A stretch of 64,000 bases of DNA from an uncultured Verrucomicrobiae bacterium (GTDB lineage: Bacteria > Verrucomicrobiota > Verrucomicrobiia > Limisphaerales > Palsa-1400), in contig OY969763.1 of NCBI GenBank assembly GCA_963702845.1, forward strand, positions 5,344,001-5,408,000. Direction: 5' to 3'. The notes beneath the pieces were generated by a model. The model made no database searches and was not told the DNA's origin. It was given only the letters and a program-made list of their open reading frames with translations. This document shows positions 1 through 10,722 of this stretch, piece after piece. Each line of letters starts with the position of its first letter. Position 1 is the first letter of the stretch. The position numbers and the translations under genes were made by a program.

Positions 1-1
1 G

Positions 2-1834
2 GAATTTGAGGACGATAAGGATCGGCTGATCGAGCATTACCAGGACGCGGGCTACATCGATTTTGTCATCAAAGACATTCGGACGAATCAAGTCAGCCCC
101 AATAAAATCATTTTGACGTTCGACCTGTCAGAGGGGCGGCAATACAAGGTTGGATCGGTGGAGTTTAAGGGCAACGCGCTTTTCACCACGAATGATTTTC
201 TCAAGGGCGTGCAAGAGGTTACGAATAGCAAGCCGCAGTCGGTGTGGGTCCGGTGGTTTAGCCCGAACCGGCCGAAAACTTCGTTGCATCTGAAGATGGT
301 GTCTGGTCAGACGTTCACGCCGGTGGGTTTGAGTCGTGACCTCGATGCGTTGCGCGATATTTACGGCACGCGTGGGTATGTGGATGTGCAACACGGCGGC
401 GCGACGCGCATTATTGCCCGGCAGATTCCAAATCCGACGACGGGCACGATGGACCTTGTTTACGACATCGAAGAAGGCGACAAGCTTTACATCGAAAAGA
501 TCGAGATTAAAGGGAACACCAAGACGAAAGATCGCGTGATCCGACGCGAGTTGGCCGTGTCGCCCGGTGAAGTTTACGACATGGTGCGGGTGAAGTTGAG
601 CGAGCAACGTTTGAAGAACCTCGATTATTTCGAGAAGGTTGAATCGACACCGGAAGACACGGACGTCGGCCCGACGCACAAGAATCTCGTGATCGGCGTG
701 GATGAAAAGAGCACGGGTAATTTGGTCGTCGGCGCGGGGTTCAGCTCGGTGGATGCGATTGTTGGATTTGCAGAAGTTTCGGAAGGCAACTTTGATTTGT
801 TCAAGCCGCCGACGTTCCGCGGTGGCGGGCAGAAGTTCCGGTTGCGCGCGCAATTGGGAACGGAACGGCAGGACTATGAACTGACGTTTATTGAACCATG
901 GCTGTTCGGCCGGAAGCTATCGCTGGGCGTGAACCTGTTTCATCGCGATCTCGGATTCGTCAGCTTGAACGACATGTATGACGAAATCCACAGCGGCGGC
1001 ACATTGAGCCTGACGCGCGCGTTGGGTACCGATTTCCTCATCGGCAAGGTGAGCTACACGTTCGACGCGGTTGATACGAAGATCAACTCTGGTTTCCATA
1101 CCAACACCCTTTTGGTTCCAACCGTGGACCCGCAGCATCCCGGTTTCAATCCCGTAACGTCAGTTCCACCAAATATTTCACAGGAGATTTGGAACCAGCG
1201 TGGCAATCGAACCGTTTCGAAAATTGGAACGTCAATCGCGTATGACACGGCAAATTCGCCGTTGCTGCCGACGCGCGGTCAGCACACCGAGTTTTTGACG
1301 GAAGTGGCTGGCGGACCTTTCGGTGGCGACACGGAATTTTATAAGCTTGAACTGCGCACGGCGTGGTTCTTCCGCGGCTTCCGCACAGGACATGTGTTGG
1401 AGTTCGACGGGCGTACAGGCGTGGTGGCCGGTTTCGGCGCGCCGAATCAAGTGCCGATTTCGGACCGGTTTTTCCTCGGCGGTTTGGAATCGTTGCGCGG
1501 CTATCGTTATCGGCAGGTTGGCCCGACGGATCAGTTCGGCGAACCGCTGGGTGGCAGCACTTATTGGTACGGGACGGTCGAATATAGCATCCCAGTGATT
1601 GAACGAATTCGGGTGGCGGCGTTCTATGATATTGGAAATGTTTACGCTTCACCATATAGCTTCAGCTCTGGTCCAAATCGCGGGCTATACAGCGACAACT
1701 GGGGCCTTGGGTTGCGCCTCGACTTGCCAATCGGTCCGCTTCGGCTGGACTATGGCATCCCGATTACGCATGATGCCAATATTAGCGGCAGCGGTCGCTT
1801 CCAGTTCGGCGTGGGATATCGTCATTCGTTCTAA
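2..1834 (+). CDS. bamA: Outer membrane protein assembly factor BamA (5' truncated by window edge)
   Basis: Frame is open from position 2 (EFEDDKDRLIEHY..GY). POTRA motif IEIKGNTKTKDRVIRREL, barrel start STGNLVVGAGFSS, loop-6 motif SLRGY, C-terminal FQFGVGYRHSF. Confidence 0.97.
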   Translation, partial: EFEDDKDRLIEHYQDAGYIDFVIKDIRTNQVSPNKIILTFDLSEGRQYKVGSVEFKGNALFTTNDFLKGVQEVTNSKPQSVWVRWFSPNRPKTSLHLKMVSGQTFTPVGLSRDLDALRDIYGTRGYVDVQHGGATRIIARQIPNPTTGTMDLVYDIEEGDKLYIEKIEIKGNTKTKDRVIRRELAVSPGEVYDMVRVKLSEQRLKNLDYFEKVESTPEDTDVGPTHKNLVIGVDEKSTGNLVVGAGFSSVDAIVGFAEVSEGNFDLFKPPTFRGGGQKFRLRAQLGTERQDYELTFIEPWLFGRKLSLGVNLFHRDLGFVSLNDMYDEIHSGGTLSLTRALGTDFLIGKVSYTFDAVDTKINSGFHTNTLLVPTVDPQHPGFNPVTSVPPNISQEIWNQRGNRTVSKIGTSIAYDTANSPLLPTRGQHTEFLTEVAGGPFGGDTEFYKLELRTAWFFRGFRTGHVLEFDGRTGVVAGFGAPNQVPISDRFFLGGLESLRGYRYRQVGPTDQFGEPLGGSTYWYGTVEYSIPVIERIRVAAFYDIGNVYASPYSFSSGPNRGLYSDNWGLGLRLDLPIGPLRLDYGIPITHDANISGSGRFQFGVGYRHSF

Positions 1835-1837
1835 AGT

Positions 1838-2488
1838 ATGAAAAATATCGTTAAGAAAGTGGTTTTGGCGGGTGTGGTGTGTTCGGTGATTGCATACGGC
1901 GGCATGGCACGCGCGGAAGTTAAAATCGCGACCATTGACCTGCGCAAAGTGTTCGATAGCTATTACAAGACCAAACAGGCCGACCAGATTCTCAAGAAGG
2001 AAGCAGATGACGTCCAGAAGGAACGTAAGGATGTCATCGATAAATATAAAAAGCTTGAGGAGGATTGGAAAGGTTTGATCAACCGCGCGAATGACCAGGC
2101 GCTCTCATCCGAAGAACGCGACAAGGCGAAGCAACAGGCTGAACGCAAGTTGGTCGAACTGCGCGAGACGGAACAGGCCGTGAACGACTACGATCGTGTG
2201 GCGCAACAGAAGCTTTTTGAGAAGAAGAAATTGAAATGGGACGCCATCGTCACCGAAATCCGCCAAGTCGTAAACACCAAGTGTAAAGGCGCTGGATACA
2301 ATCTGGTTTTGGATTCATCGGGCGACACGATGAATAACACGCCGATGGTGCTCTATACCGATGGCCAGAACGACGTGACTGATATGATTTTGAAGGAGCT
2401 CAATGCGACTGCGCCGACGTCGACCAAGTCTGACACCAGCTCCGATGCAAAGACGGGCAGTGCACTGACACAGCCTGCATCGAAATAA
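1838..2488 (+). CDS. skp: OmpH/Skp periplasmic chaperone
   Basis: Signal peptide, KIATIDLRKVF motif, long coiled coil, GYNLVLD...DVTDMIL; lies directly after bamA. Confidence 0.92.
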   Translation: MKNIVKKVVLAGVVCSVIAYGGMARAEVKIATIDLRKVFDSYYKTKQADQILKKEADDVQKERKDVIDKYKKLEEDWKGLINRANDQALSSEERDKAKQQAERKLVELRETEQAVNDYDRVAQQKLFEKKKLKWDAIVTEIRQVVNTKCKGAGYNLVLDSSGDTMNNTPMVLYTDGQNDVTDMILKELNATAPTSTKSDTSSDAKTGSALTQPASK

Positions 2489-2511
2489 CGGTTCATCTCG
2501 CGAAAGTTTTC

Positions 2512-2548
2512 AGGCGCACCGGTTCACGCTGGTGCGCCTTTCGCTTTT
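2512..2548 (+). terminator. Rho-independent terminator between skp and the convergent TPR gene
   Basis: Stem AGGCGCACC...GGTGCGCCT followed by TTCGCTTTT. Confidence 0.75.
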
Positions 2549-2558
2549 CGGAGGGTGC

Positions 2559-4604
2559 CTACTTCGCTGCGGCGCGGAGGAGTTGCAGTTGGTTGGCAGC
2601 TTCGGCGTAGTTGGGGCGTTGCTGGAGGGCGCTTAGATATTCAGCTTTGGCTTCCTCCATTTTGCCTTGCTTGAATAACGCGAAACCGAGGTTGAAATGC
2701 GCTTCGGGGTTGTCGTTTTTAATTTGAATCGCTTTACGGTATTCGGCGATGGCTTCCGCGAGCTTTTCGCGTTGGGCGAAGACGTTGCCTAGGTTGTTGT
2801 GGGCTTGAGGGTCTTCGGGACTGATGCGCAGGCACGCATCGTATTCAGCGATGGCCTGGTCGAATTTCGCTTCGGCCTCGGCGGTTTTGCTTTGGGTGAG
2901 AAGATTATTGCCTTGGGCGGCGTAGGCGTTGCCCAAATTGCTGTGGGCGCTGGCGTAATTGTCTTTATAACGCTCGGCTGATTGGAACTGCTCAATGGCT
3001 TCGTCCAAGTGGCCTTTCATGGCGAGTGCGATGCCGTAGTTATTGTGGGCATCGGCATGGGCAGGGTCTTCTTCGAGAGCGACCCGGTATTCGTGAATGG
3101 CGGCGTCAATTTCGCCGATGTTCGAAAGCGCATTGCCCAGGTTGTTGTGCGCTTCGGTCAGCTTGCGATTAATGCCGAGCGCTTTTTTGTATTCTTCGAT
3201 TGCCTCTTGGTAACGGCCCATACCGGCCAGGCAATAGCCGAAATTATTATGCGCGTCTTCGTAGGTGGGTTTGATCTCGATGGCTTTTTTGTAGAACTCC
3301 ATGGCGCGTTGCGGTTCGCCTTTGTTGGAAAGGTAATAACCAAGATTGTTATAGGCGAGGTAGTTGTCGTGCGTGACGTCTACGGCATGTAAGAAAAGCG
3401 TTTCGCTGTTTTTCCAGTAGCCGGCCTGGATAGGTGTGAGCACGCAGCAGCTACCAATCGCAATTACTGCCATTGTTGTGAGCGCCGCGCGAACGCGCAC
3501 GAACTCCATCGCCGCCCACGTCACCGCGATGAACAAACCAATCATCGGCACGTAGCTGTAGCGATCCGCCATGGATTGAATGCCGACCTGCACGATACCA
3601 ATAACCGGAATAAGCATTCCCAAAAACCAAAACCAGCCCACAGCCAAATACGGGCGCGGACGGATTTGCCGAATCACTAGTGTGGTGAGCGCGGCGAGAA
3701 TGACAATCGACATGATGATCAACCACCACGGCCATTGGCCGGGATGTGGGTAGAGAATGGAAAGATTGGTTGGCCAAAGTGTTTTACCGACGTAGCGCAC
3801 GTAGGCTACGAACATGTTCTCGACGCGTTGGGCAATTGTTAAACTACTCAATGACGAGACCGCGCCGCCGAGTTGCTGGACGGAAAACGTCACGACGCTG
3901 GAGGTGATCGCGAGCACTATGTAGGGGATCTTTTCAAGAACAGGACGCCGCACGTTGCGAAGGCTGAGTTGCGAAATGTCGATTCGCTTGAGCGGCCAAA
4001 CATCGAGCAGCAAGAGGATGAACGGTAACGTCACGACCATTGGCTTGCTCATCAGCGCGAGCGCAAAGAAAATGAGTGAAGCGGCGAACCACTTCGCCCG
4101 TTGGGCCGGCGTTTGCACATAGCGGGCATAAGCACCCACGGTCAGAATCCAGAAAAACGTGCTCAGCACATCTTTGCGTTCCGAAACCCACGCGACCGAT
4201 TCGACGCGCATCGGATGCAACGCAAACAACGCTGCCACGAATGCGCTTGCCCAAATCGCGCCGGTCATTCGACGCAACAGCAGGAACATCAAAACCGAAT
4301 TGGCGGCATGAAAAAGCAGGTTCGTGAGGTGATGGCCCATTGGCTTGAGACCGTAGAGCTGAATGTCGAGCATGTGGGAAATCCACGTAAGCGGATGCCA
4401 GTTGCTCGAGTGCCCCGTCGTCAATGCCCACTTCAAGCTTTCGGCGGTGATGCCGTGATGAATGTTCTGGTTGTTGGTGATGTAGCCGAGGTCGTCGTAA
4501 TTGACGAAGTCGGAATTCAGCACCGGCCAGAAAACACCGAAGACGGCCAACACCAGTCCGAGGCAAATCAGGATTGTGAAATTTGTGCTCTTCGACTGCA
4601 CCAT
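2559..4604 (-). CDS. Multi-TM GT-C-like (TMTC-like) glycosyltransferase with C-terminal TPR repeats
   Basis: FVNYDD acidic motif after TM1, WHPLTWISH, FALHPMRVESVAWVSERKD and ADRYSY motifs; multiple AHNNLG TPR units. Confidence 0.85.
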   Translation of the reverse strand: MVQSKSTNFTILICLGLVLAVFGVFWPVLNSDFVNYDDLGYITNNQNIHHGITAESLKWALTTGHSSNWHPLTWISHMLDIQLYGLKPMGHHLTNLLFHAANSVLMFLLLRRMTGAIWASAFVAALFALHPMRVESVAWVSERKDVLSTFFWILTVGAYARYVQTPAQRAKWFAASLIFFALALMSKPMVVTLPFILLLLDVWPLKRIDISQLSLRNVRRPVLEKIPYIVLAITSSVVTFSVQQLGGAVSSLSSLTIAQRVENMFVAYVRYVGKTLWPTNLSILYPHPGQWPWWLIIMSIVILAALTTLVIRQIRPRPYLAVGWFWFLGMLIPVIGIVQVGIQSMADRYSYVPMIGLFIAVTWAAMEFVRVRAALTTMAVIAIGSCCVLTPIQAGYWKNSETLFLHAVDVTHDNYLAYNNLGYYLSNKGEPQRAMEFYKKAIEIKPTYEDAHNNFGYCLAGMGRYQEAIEEYKKALGINRKLTEAHNNLGNALSNIGEIDAAIHEYRVALEEDPAHADAHNNYGIALAMKGHLDEAIEQFQSAERYKDNYASAHSNLGNAYAAQGNNLLTQSKTAEAEAKFDQAIAEYDACLRISPEDPQAHNNLGNVFAQREKLAEAIAEYRKAIQIKNDNPEAHFNLGFALFKQGKMEEAKAEYLSALQQRPNYAEAANQLQLLRAAAK

Positions 4605-4660
4605 GAATCACCCATTTTGGCCGGAAATCGCGCCTGAAGAAATAAATTTTTGGCGTGCCG

Positions 4661-5456
4661 CTATTTTACGGCTACCGAAATTGATGCGGCTGTGGCGCGC
4701 GCCGGGAGGTTTTTCGGGAACAGAGATGAGTTGCTCATGTTCCACTTGGCGAGGCGGAACTTTGCGGCGGTACCGAGGCAGCCGAAGCCGTATTTGACGC
4801 TGCGGCGGAAATTAATTGAGGAGGCTTCTTTGAAATATTTCGTGGGGCAACTGATCTCGGCGATGGTGTAGCCGAACCACAAAATCTGCGCGAGCATCTG
4901 ATTGTCAAAAACGAAGTCGTTAGAGTTTTCGGTCAAAGGAAGGCGCTCCAGAATTTCACGGGAGAACGCGCGATAGCCAGTGTGATACTCGGACAAGTTT
5001 TGCGCCGAGCAGGATGTTTTCGGCAGCGGTGAGAAAACGATTGGCGACGTATTTCCATGCCGGCATTCCGCCCTGCAAAGCGTAGCCGCCGAGAATGCGA
5101 GAGCCGAGGACGCACGGATACAAACCACTGGCGATGAGCGAGGCCATCGCGGGAATGAGGTGCGGTGTGTACTGCGAGTCCGGATGGACCATGATGACGA
5201 TGTCGGCGTCTTCTTGCAGCGCGAGGCGATAGCAGCTTTTTTGGTTTCCGCCGTAGCCGAGGTTTTTCTCGTGGGTGAAAACGATTGTGTTCGGAAGTGT
5301 TTTTGCGATCGCAGTCGTTTCGTCGCGGCTGCAGTCGTCCACGATGATGACTTTGTCGACCACGCCTTGCTGCATCACTTCGTCGTACGTGCGCACGAGC
5401 GTTTTGGCCGCGTTGTAGGCGGGCATGACGACGATGACTTTTTTATCGCGGAACAT
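4661..5456 (-). CDS. GT2 glycosyltransferase of polyprenol-phosphate-sugar synthase (DPM1-like) type, split by one frameshift near 5000
   Basis: [25 protein letters not shown] in 4956..5456; continues as [13 protein letters not shown]...FVFDNQML in the 4661..5128 frame. Confidence 0.85.
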
Positions 5457-5537
5457 ATTTTCGCTGCGTCGGATTGTTCAGAACAGCGTGCGTGAAAAAT
5501 GTGGTGAACTCAAGAAATTCGGGAGAAAAACGGACTG

Positions 5538-7154
5538 CTATTCGCTCTTCTTTCGACTGGCTTTGACTTGCGCGGAGAAGAGTTCCATCTGGCGTTGCCA
5601 CTCGCGCTCCAGGGATTTCACCTTGTCAGGATTTTTTGCGGCAAGGTTGCTCGATTCGGCACGGTCGGTGCGAAGGTCGTAGAGTTCCCATGGGTTTTCG
5701 TGATCGGCGACGAGTTTCCAATCGCCGACGCGAATGGCGCGGTTGCCTTCGTGATACCACCAAAAGCTGTCATGTTTCACGGTGTCGTCGTGTTTAAAGA
5801 CGGGAACAAGACTTTTGCCGGGTGCCACGGGCGCAGATTTCGGATGCTCGGGTTTCTTTTGGCCAGCGAGTTCAAGAATCGTTGGGACGAGGTCGATGAC
5901 GTGACCGGGATTTTCGCGCAATTCGCCGCGTGCGTGAATGCCTTGTGGCCAATGGACGATCAATGGTGTCGTGATTCCGCCTTCGTGCACCCAACTTTTG
6001 TGAAGGCGAAAGGGCGTGTTGGCGGCGCTCGCCCAACCCGGGCCGATGGAGAGGAATGATTTCGCTGAACCGGGCACGGCGTTTTTGTCATTGCCGTCGC
6101 CGCGAATCATTTGCTCGGCGCTAGCGCCATTGTCGGACAGAAAGAAAACGATCGTGTTGTCGAACGCGCCAATGGTTTTGAGGCGGTCAATGACTCGACC
6201 GATTTCGATGTCCATGCGATGGACCATTGCGGCGTGCACGGACATTTTGATCGGTTGAAATTGTTTTTGTACGGAAGTCAGAGTGTCCCATGGAAGCGCG
6301 TGGGCGACTTCGCCGGGGCCGACCATGTCGCGTAACTTTGCTTCGGGGAAATTCCAGGATGGGATGATGTCGGGATCAAGCTTGGACAATTCGCAATGCA
6401 CCAAGCCCATGTTTTTCATCCGGTCGTAACGTTCGGCGCGTAATGCGTCCCATCCTTCGACGTAGCGGTCTTTGTAAACGGCGATGTCTTCAGGTGGCGC
6501 CTGCACTGGCCAATGAGGACAGGTGAACGCGAGATAGAGAAAGAACGGCTCGTTGCTGTGTTGGTCTTTGTGGGCACTGAGCATGTCCATCGCGTGTTGG
6601 GCGATGGCGGTGGTTGTGTAGAAGCCGGAGTTTGGTTTGAAGGGCGGCAGCGGCTTGTCGTCGAGCGTGTGATGTTTTGGGTTGAAGTTGTGGTCGTAGT
6701 CGTAGAGCGCGTAAGAGTGCTCAAACCCGCCTGCGAGCACGGGGCCATCGACATGCCATTTGCCGGAGTGATAGGAGCGGTAGCCGAGTGGTTTCAACAT
6801 TTGCGGGAGCAGCTTCGCCCATTCGGGTCGCTTGCCATTTGAACCGCCGCCGAGGCCGGGCAACCCATCGCGGCTGACTTGTTGCGCGTAATAGCCGGTC
6901 AAAATCGCGGCGCGCGAGGGCCAGCAACGGGCGGTGTTGTAAAACTGGGTGAATCGCAATCCGCCTTGGGCGAGTTTGTCGAGATTTGGGGTGTGAATTT
7001 CTCCGCCATAACAACCGGCGTCGGAGAAACCCATGTCGTCGGCGAGGATGATGACGACGTTTGGTTTGACGGGCGCAGCTTGGAGAGACGAAGCGATAAC
7101 TACGAATATCGCCAATGTGATTCGCAGTAGCAGATTCGTTATTCTGTCGTGCAT
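5538..7154 (-). CDS. Arylsulfatase (formylglycine-dependent)
   Basis: PNVVIILADDMG, CWPSRAAILTG signature (CxPxR), GKWH, SDNG; signal peptide. Confidence 0.95.
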   Translation of the reverse strand: MHDRITNLLLRITLAIFVVIASSLQAAPVKPNVVIILADDMGFSDAGCYGGEIHTPNLDKLAQGGLRFTQFYNTARCWPSRAAILTGYYAQQVSRDGLPGLGGGSNGKRPEWAKLLPQMLKPLGYRSYHSGKWHVDGPVLAGGFEHSYALYDYDHNFNPKHHTLDDKPLPPFKPNSGFYTTTAIAQHAMDMLSAHKDQHSNEPFFLYLAFTCPHWPVQAPPEDIAVYKDRYVEGWDALRAERYDRMKNMGLVHCELSKLDPDIIPSWNFPEAKLRDMVGPGEVAHALPWDTLTSVQKQFQPIKMSVHAAMVHRMDIEIGRVIDRLKTIGAFDNTIVFFLSDNGASAEQMIRGDGNDKNAVPGSAKSFLSIGPGWASAANTPFRLHKSWVHEGGITTPLIVHWPQGIHARGELRENPGHVIDLVPTILELAGQKKPEHPKSAPVAPGKSLVPVFKHDDTVKHDSFWWYHEGNRAIRVGDWKLVADHENPWELYDLRTDRAESSNLAAKNPDKVKSLEREWQRQMELFSAQVKASRKKSE

Positions 7155-7196
7155 TGGTGCAATTTTAGAGACTCGTCACCTCGTCTCCTACAAAAA

Positions 7197-8040
7197 TTAT
7201 GGGCGGAAGCCGAAGGACAGTTTTACGGCGCGATATTCCGGATGCACTTCGCCGGTTTTTGTCCTGATGATCAACTGAGGCTCGGTCCACGTGCGGTCGC
7301 GCATGTCTGGCGGGATGTCGCTCGAACGAACCATCGCAAAGAGACCGAGCAACGGTGGTTCGCCTTCGCGTAATGTGACTGGACGCCAACGAATGATGGT
7401 AAATCCGGATTGTCTCGCGGCCTCGCGGACGCGTTCGTGTTGTGGATTCTGGATTCACCGGGAATACACAGGCAAACCAACCGGCGGGAGCCAGATGTTC
7501 GGAGGCGGTTTTGCAGTAGTCGGCGATGTTTCCGCGCATTTCGAAACGGCACGCGACTTTTTGGGGATGTTCGCTTTGAATGCCGGAGCCGGGCGGGAAA
7601 TACGGTGGGCTGCCGAGAATGAGATCAAATTTTTCGTCCGGACGAAGAGCGGTTGGCTCGCGGAAGTCGCCAGTGCGGATGTCGAAACGGTCCTGCACGC
7701 CGTTCCACTGCGCCGATTTTTTTGCGAGCGCGACGCTCTCGGTTTGTGCTTCAACGGTGACGAATCGCGCGGCTGGCAAACGCCAGGCGGCGATCATGGC
7801 GACGGTTCCGATGCCGCTGCCGAGGTCGAGAACGGTTCGGGCAGTCGCGCACCACGTCGTTCCATACCAAGCGGTCAGAAGGTCGTCGGTGGAAAAGCGG
7901 TGGCCTTTCTCCAGTTGGAACAAGCGAAAGAAACCGCTGATCGCGTCCAAGGTTTCGCCGACGGCGGCTGGTTCCTGCGCCTGTGCGCCCGGCGGAATCG
8001 GTCCCGGTTTAGTCCAACCTTTGAAAGTCGCCTCAATCAC
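7197..8040 (-). CDS. SAM-dependent methyltransferase, TrmN6/YfiC-like; C-terminus frameshifted
   Basis: GHRFSTDD, VLDLGSGIG, SPPYF motifs. A plausible C-terminus PQLIIRTKTGEVHPEYRAVKLSFGFRP* is in another frame, with its stop at 7197. Confidence 0.75.
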
Positions 8041-8114
8041 TGGCGCACATTACCGGAACAGTTGTGTGTTCGTAAGTTTGAACTTTCAGGACGGCCACTT
8101 AAACTGAATCCGTC

Positions 8115-8805
8115 GTGAGAACGAATTGGTATCTACTGCAATCCGGGCCGTGCGCCTACGACTACAACATGGCGCTCGACGAAGCGCTGATGGATTGCGC
8201 GGCGGAAATCGGAGCGCCGGTGTTGCGGTTTTATGGGTGGACGGAACCGGCGGCGAGCTTCGGGTATTCGCAACGATACGCTGAGATTGAACACGCGACG
8301 ATGTTGCGTCCTCTCGTGCGACGTCCGACTGGTGGCGGGCTTGTGCCGCATGATGTGGATTGGACTTATAGCCTGACGTTTCCGCCGGAGCACTATTGGT
8401 ATCATCTCAAAGCCATCGAAAGTTACGAGCGCGTGCATGAATGGATTTGTGACGCGTTCGCGCGAATGAAGGTCGTGACGACGCTTTCGCCCGGGAACTC
8501 CGAAGGCATTGCCCGGACAATGTTTTATTGGTTCGGAAAAGTTCGATGTGCTTTGGTTTGGAAAGAAAATCGCGGGCGCTGCGCAACGGCGGTCGCGCAA
8601 AGGATTGTTGATCCAGGGATCCATTCAACCGCCGCCAGATTTCACTGGCCCAGAATGGAATGGCAGACGGCGATGTGCCAATCAGCACACGAGAAATACG
8701 ACGCAGATTGGGCTCCACTACAGGTGCAAGGGCATCTCGCGGAGGTGACGGAGGCGCTTGCGAACCTCAAAGTATTCGCAAAACAGCTTCAACAAAAGCC
8801 GCTAG
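8115..8805 (+). CDS. Lipoate-protein ligase A / LipM-like octanoyltransferase, about 3 frameshifts
   Basis: [25 protein letters not shown]; the catalytic [10 protein letters not shown] segment is in the 8509..8748 frame; likely end [10 protein letters not shown] at 8805. Confidence 0.8.
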
Positions 8806-8891
8806 TTTCAAGGGCCTTACGCCGCAATAGACACCCGGTTGCCACAGGGTTAGTTTGTAGGGTGAGAACGGTTGAGGAAGTCACTAGACCA

Positions 8892-10022
8892 GTGACTCGC
8901 CAGCGTGCTGTAAAAAGCTACGTCGGTCGGGTGGTCTACATGTACGCCTTTGACCTCGCGTACGAAATGGAGCGGCTTCCTATCACTCACCTGCTCGGCC
9001 AACCGGTTGCGCAGTATTCGGTCGATTCGAGTAAGCGCAACCCGAGGCACCTCTTTTTTTATCGACCGCAGATGGTGCGTTTACCGCTAACGGAGCGCGT
9101 TGGCCCGCACGGAAGAATTCGCATGGAACGCGCGGTGAAACTTTTGCCGGTCGGCGCAGTGAGCATCACGGTGTCCGTTCCATTCAACGTTCGGTCGATT
9201 GAGGACCTCGTTGTTTACCACGATCTCGAGTTCACCAATGGCGTACTCAACTACGAAGTGCGAGAAATGGCCGAAGAGATTCGCACCGAGCTCGCCCCGT
9301 ATCTGATCAGGCCGGTACCGAAGTTGGCCGACGAGGAGGCGTATACAGTTTTTTGCATCGATGCGCCGCTGGTGACGGAAGACAGCTTGCCGCTGAGCGC
9401 GGAGGATTTGTTGCACGAGCATCGGCGCGAGGTGGCGGCGCTGTTAACCCAGGAAACAGATCCGGGACAGTTGTCGCGTCAGGAAGCCGATGAATCGACC
9501 GGTCGATATCTCAGTTATTACGAGAACGACTTAATCGTTATCGACTGGGACGCCGCGCTCGTCGTGCAGGAGCCGATGCAGATCGACGAGACGCTTTACG
9601 TGTTGGAATTGGCGAATCTGCAACTCGCAGAACTGGAAGCTTACGATCGCATTCTCGACACCGCACTGGAGCGGTCCTATCGCGATTTGTCTAACAAGGG
9701 GAATCGACGCGGACGCGGCGGCGTGTTGCGCGAACTGCGGGAGATTCGGATTGATCTGGCGCGGTTCAGCGATGAGCTGTCGAACATCACGAAGTTTTTC
9801 GGTGATTGGCATCTCGCCCGCATTTACGAAAACATCGCCGCTCGTTTTCATCTGGCGGATTGGCATCGCACGATTGACGAGAAGCTCGAGACGCTCGACA
9901 ACCTCTACCAAATGTTAAACCAGGATCGCATGAATCGTTACATGCTGATGTTGGAAGTGACGATTGTGCTGCTGTTCGTCATTGATCTGATATTGCTGGT
10001 GATGGGCTTTAAGCGCCCGTGA
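8892..10022 (+). CDS. Conserved hypothetical protein, possibly RMD1/DUF155-like, with C-terminal TM helix
   Basis: 3' part of the 8115..10022 [24 protein letters not shown] helical region and C-terminal hydrophobic [22 protein letters not shown] start chosen at 8892. Confidence 0.65.
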   Translation: MTRQRAVKSYVGRVVYMYAFDLAYEMERLPITHLLGQPVAQYSVDSSKRNPRHLFFYRPQMVRLPLTERVGPHGRIRMERAVKLLPVGAVSITVSVPFNVRSIEDLVVYHDLEFTNGVLNYEVREMAEEIRTELAPYLIRPVPKLADEEAYTVFCIDAPLVTEDSLPLSAEDLLHEHRREVAALLTQETDPGQLSRQEADESTGRYLSYYENDLIVIDWDAALVVQEPMQIDETLYVLELANLQLAELEAYDRILDTALERSYRDLSNKGNRRGRGGVLRELREIRIDLARFSDELSNITKFFGDWHLARIYENIAARFHLADWHRTIDEKLETLDNLYQMLNQDRMNRYMLMLEVTIVLLFVIDLILLVMGFKRP

Positions 10023-10083
10023 CCCCCTCACTTCGGCCCGCAACCTTGTTGCTTTGCCGGTGTTTAGGTTAAAGTTGCTCAAG

Positions 10084-10722
10084 ATGGCCATAGCCACGTC
10101 TCCAGACCCCGATGCTGAGTTGATGCTCCGTGTGAAAGACGGGGACGTGCAGGCTTTTGAGTCGTTGGTGGACAAATACAAGCAGCCAATCATCAACCTG
10201 ATCTATCGCATGCTGCACGACCTCGAGGAGGCCGAGGACCTTGCCCAAAATGTTTTCGTTCGCGCCTATCAATCGGCTAATCGCTACGAGGTTTCAGCGA
10301 AGTTTTCCACGTGGTTATTCACCATTGCACGACGCCTTTGCCTGAATGAATTGCGTCGAAGGAGTCGCCACCCGGCTGAATCGCTGGAAGCCAGCCAGGA
10401 CGACGAGCACGCGCCCCGCCAATACCGGGATGCGAAGACGTTTTCGCCGCCGGACCAATTTCTCCATCGCGAACTCGAGCAGAAGATTCAGGAAGCGTTG
10501 GACGAACTTCCTGAGAAGCAACGTCTTGCGATTTTGATGTGCCGGGCGGACGAACATTCTTACGACGAGATTGCCAAGTCGCTGGATTGCTCCGTTTCGG
10601 CGACCAAATCTTTGATTCATCGCGGCCGCGAAACGTTAAAAGAAAAGCTCAAGCCATACCTGCAAACAGGGGCTTGGGACGAGGATTCTACGGAAACTTT
10701 ACCATTAAAACGGTGTTTATGA
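10084..10722 (+). CDS. ECF RNA polymerase sigma-70 factor
   Basis: DAELMLRV..GD..AFESLV, AEDLAQNVF, KFSTWLFTIA; region 4 LPEKQR..SYDEIA..KSLIHRGR. Confidence 0.95.
   Translation: MAIATSPDPDAELMLRVKDGDVQAFESLVDKYKQPIINLIYRMLHDLEEAEDLAQNVFVRAYQSANRYEVSAKFSTWLFTIARRLCLNELRRRSRHPAESLEASQDDEHAPRQYRDAKTFSPPDQFLHRELEQKIQEALDELPEKQRLAILMCRADEHSYDEIAKSLDCSVSATKSLIHRGRETLKEKLKPYLQTGAWDEDSTETLPLKRCL

Noticed and set aside
8115..10022. 635-aa ORF that looks like a lipoate ligase fused to a DUF155-like protein
   Set aside because: The ligase catalytic segment lies in another frame and a natural stop is seen at 8803-8805. The fusion is best explained by indels.
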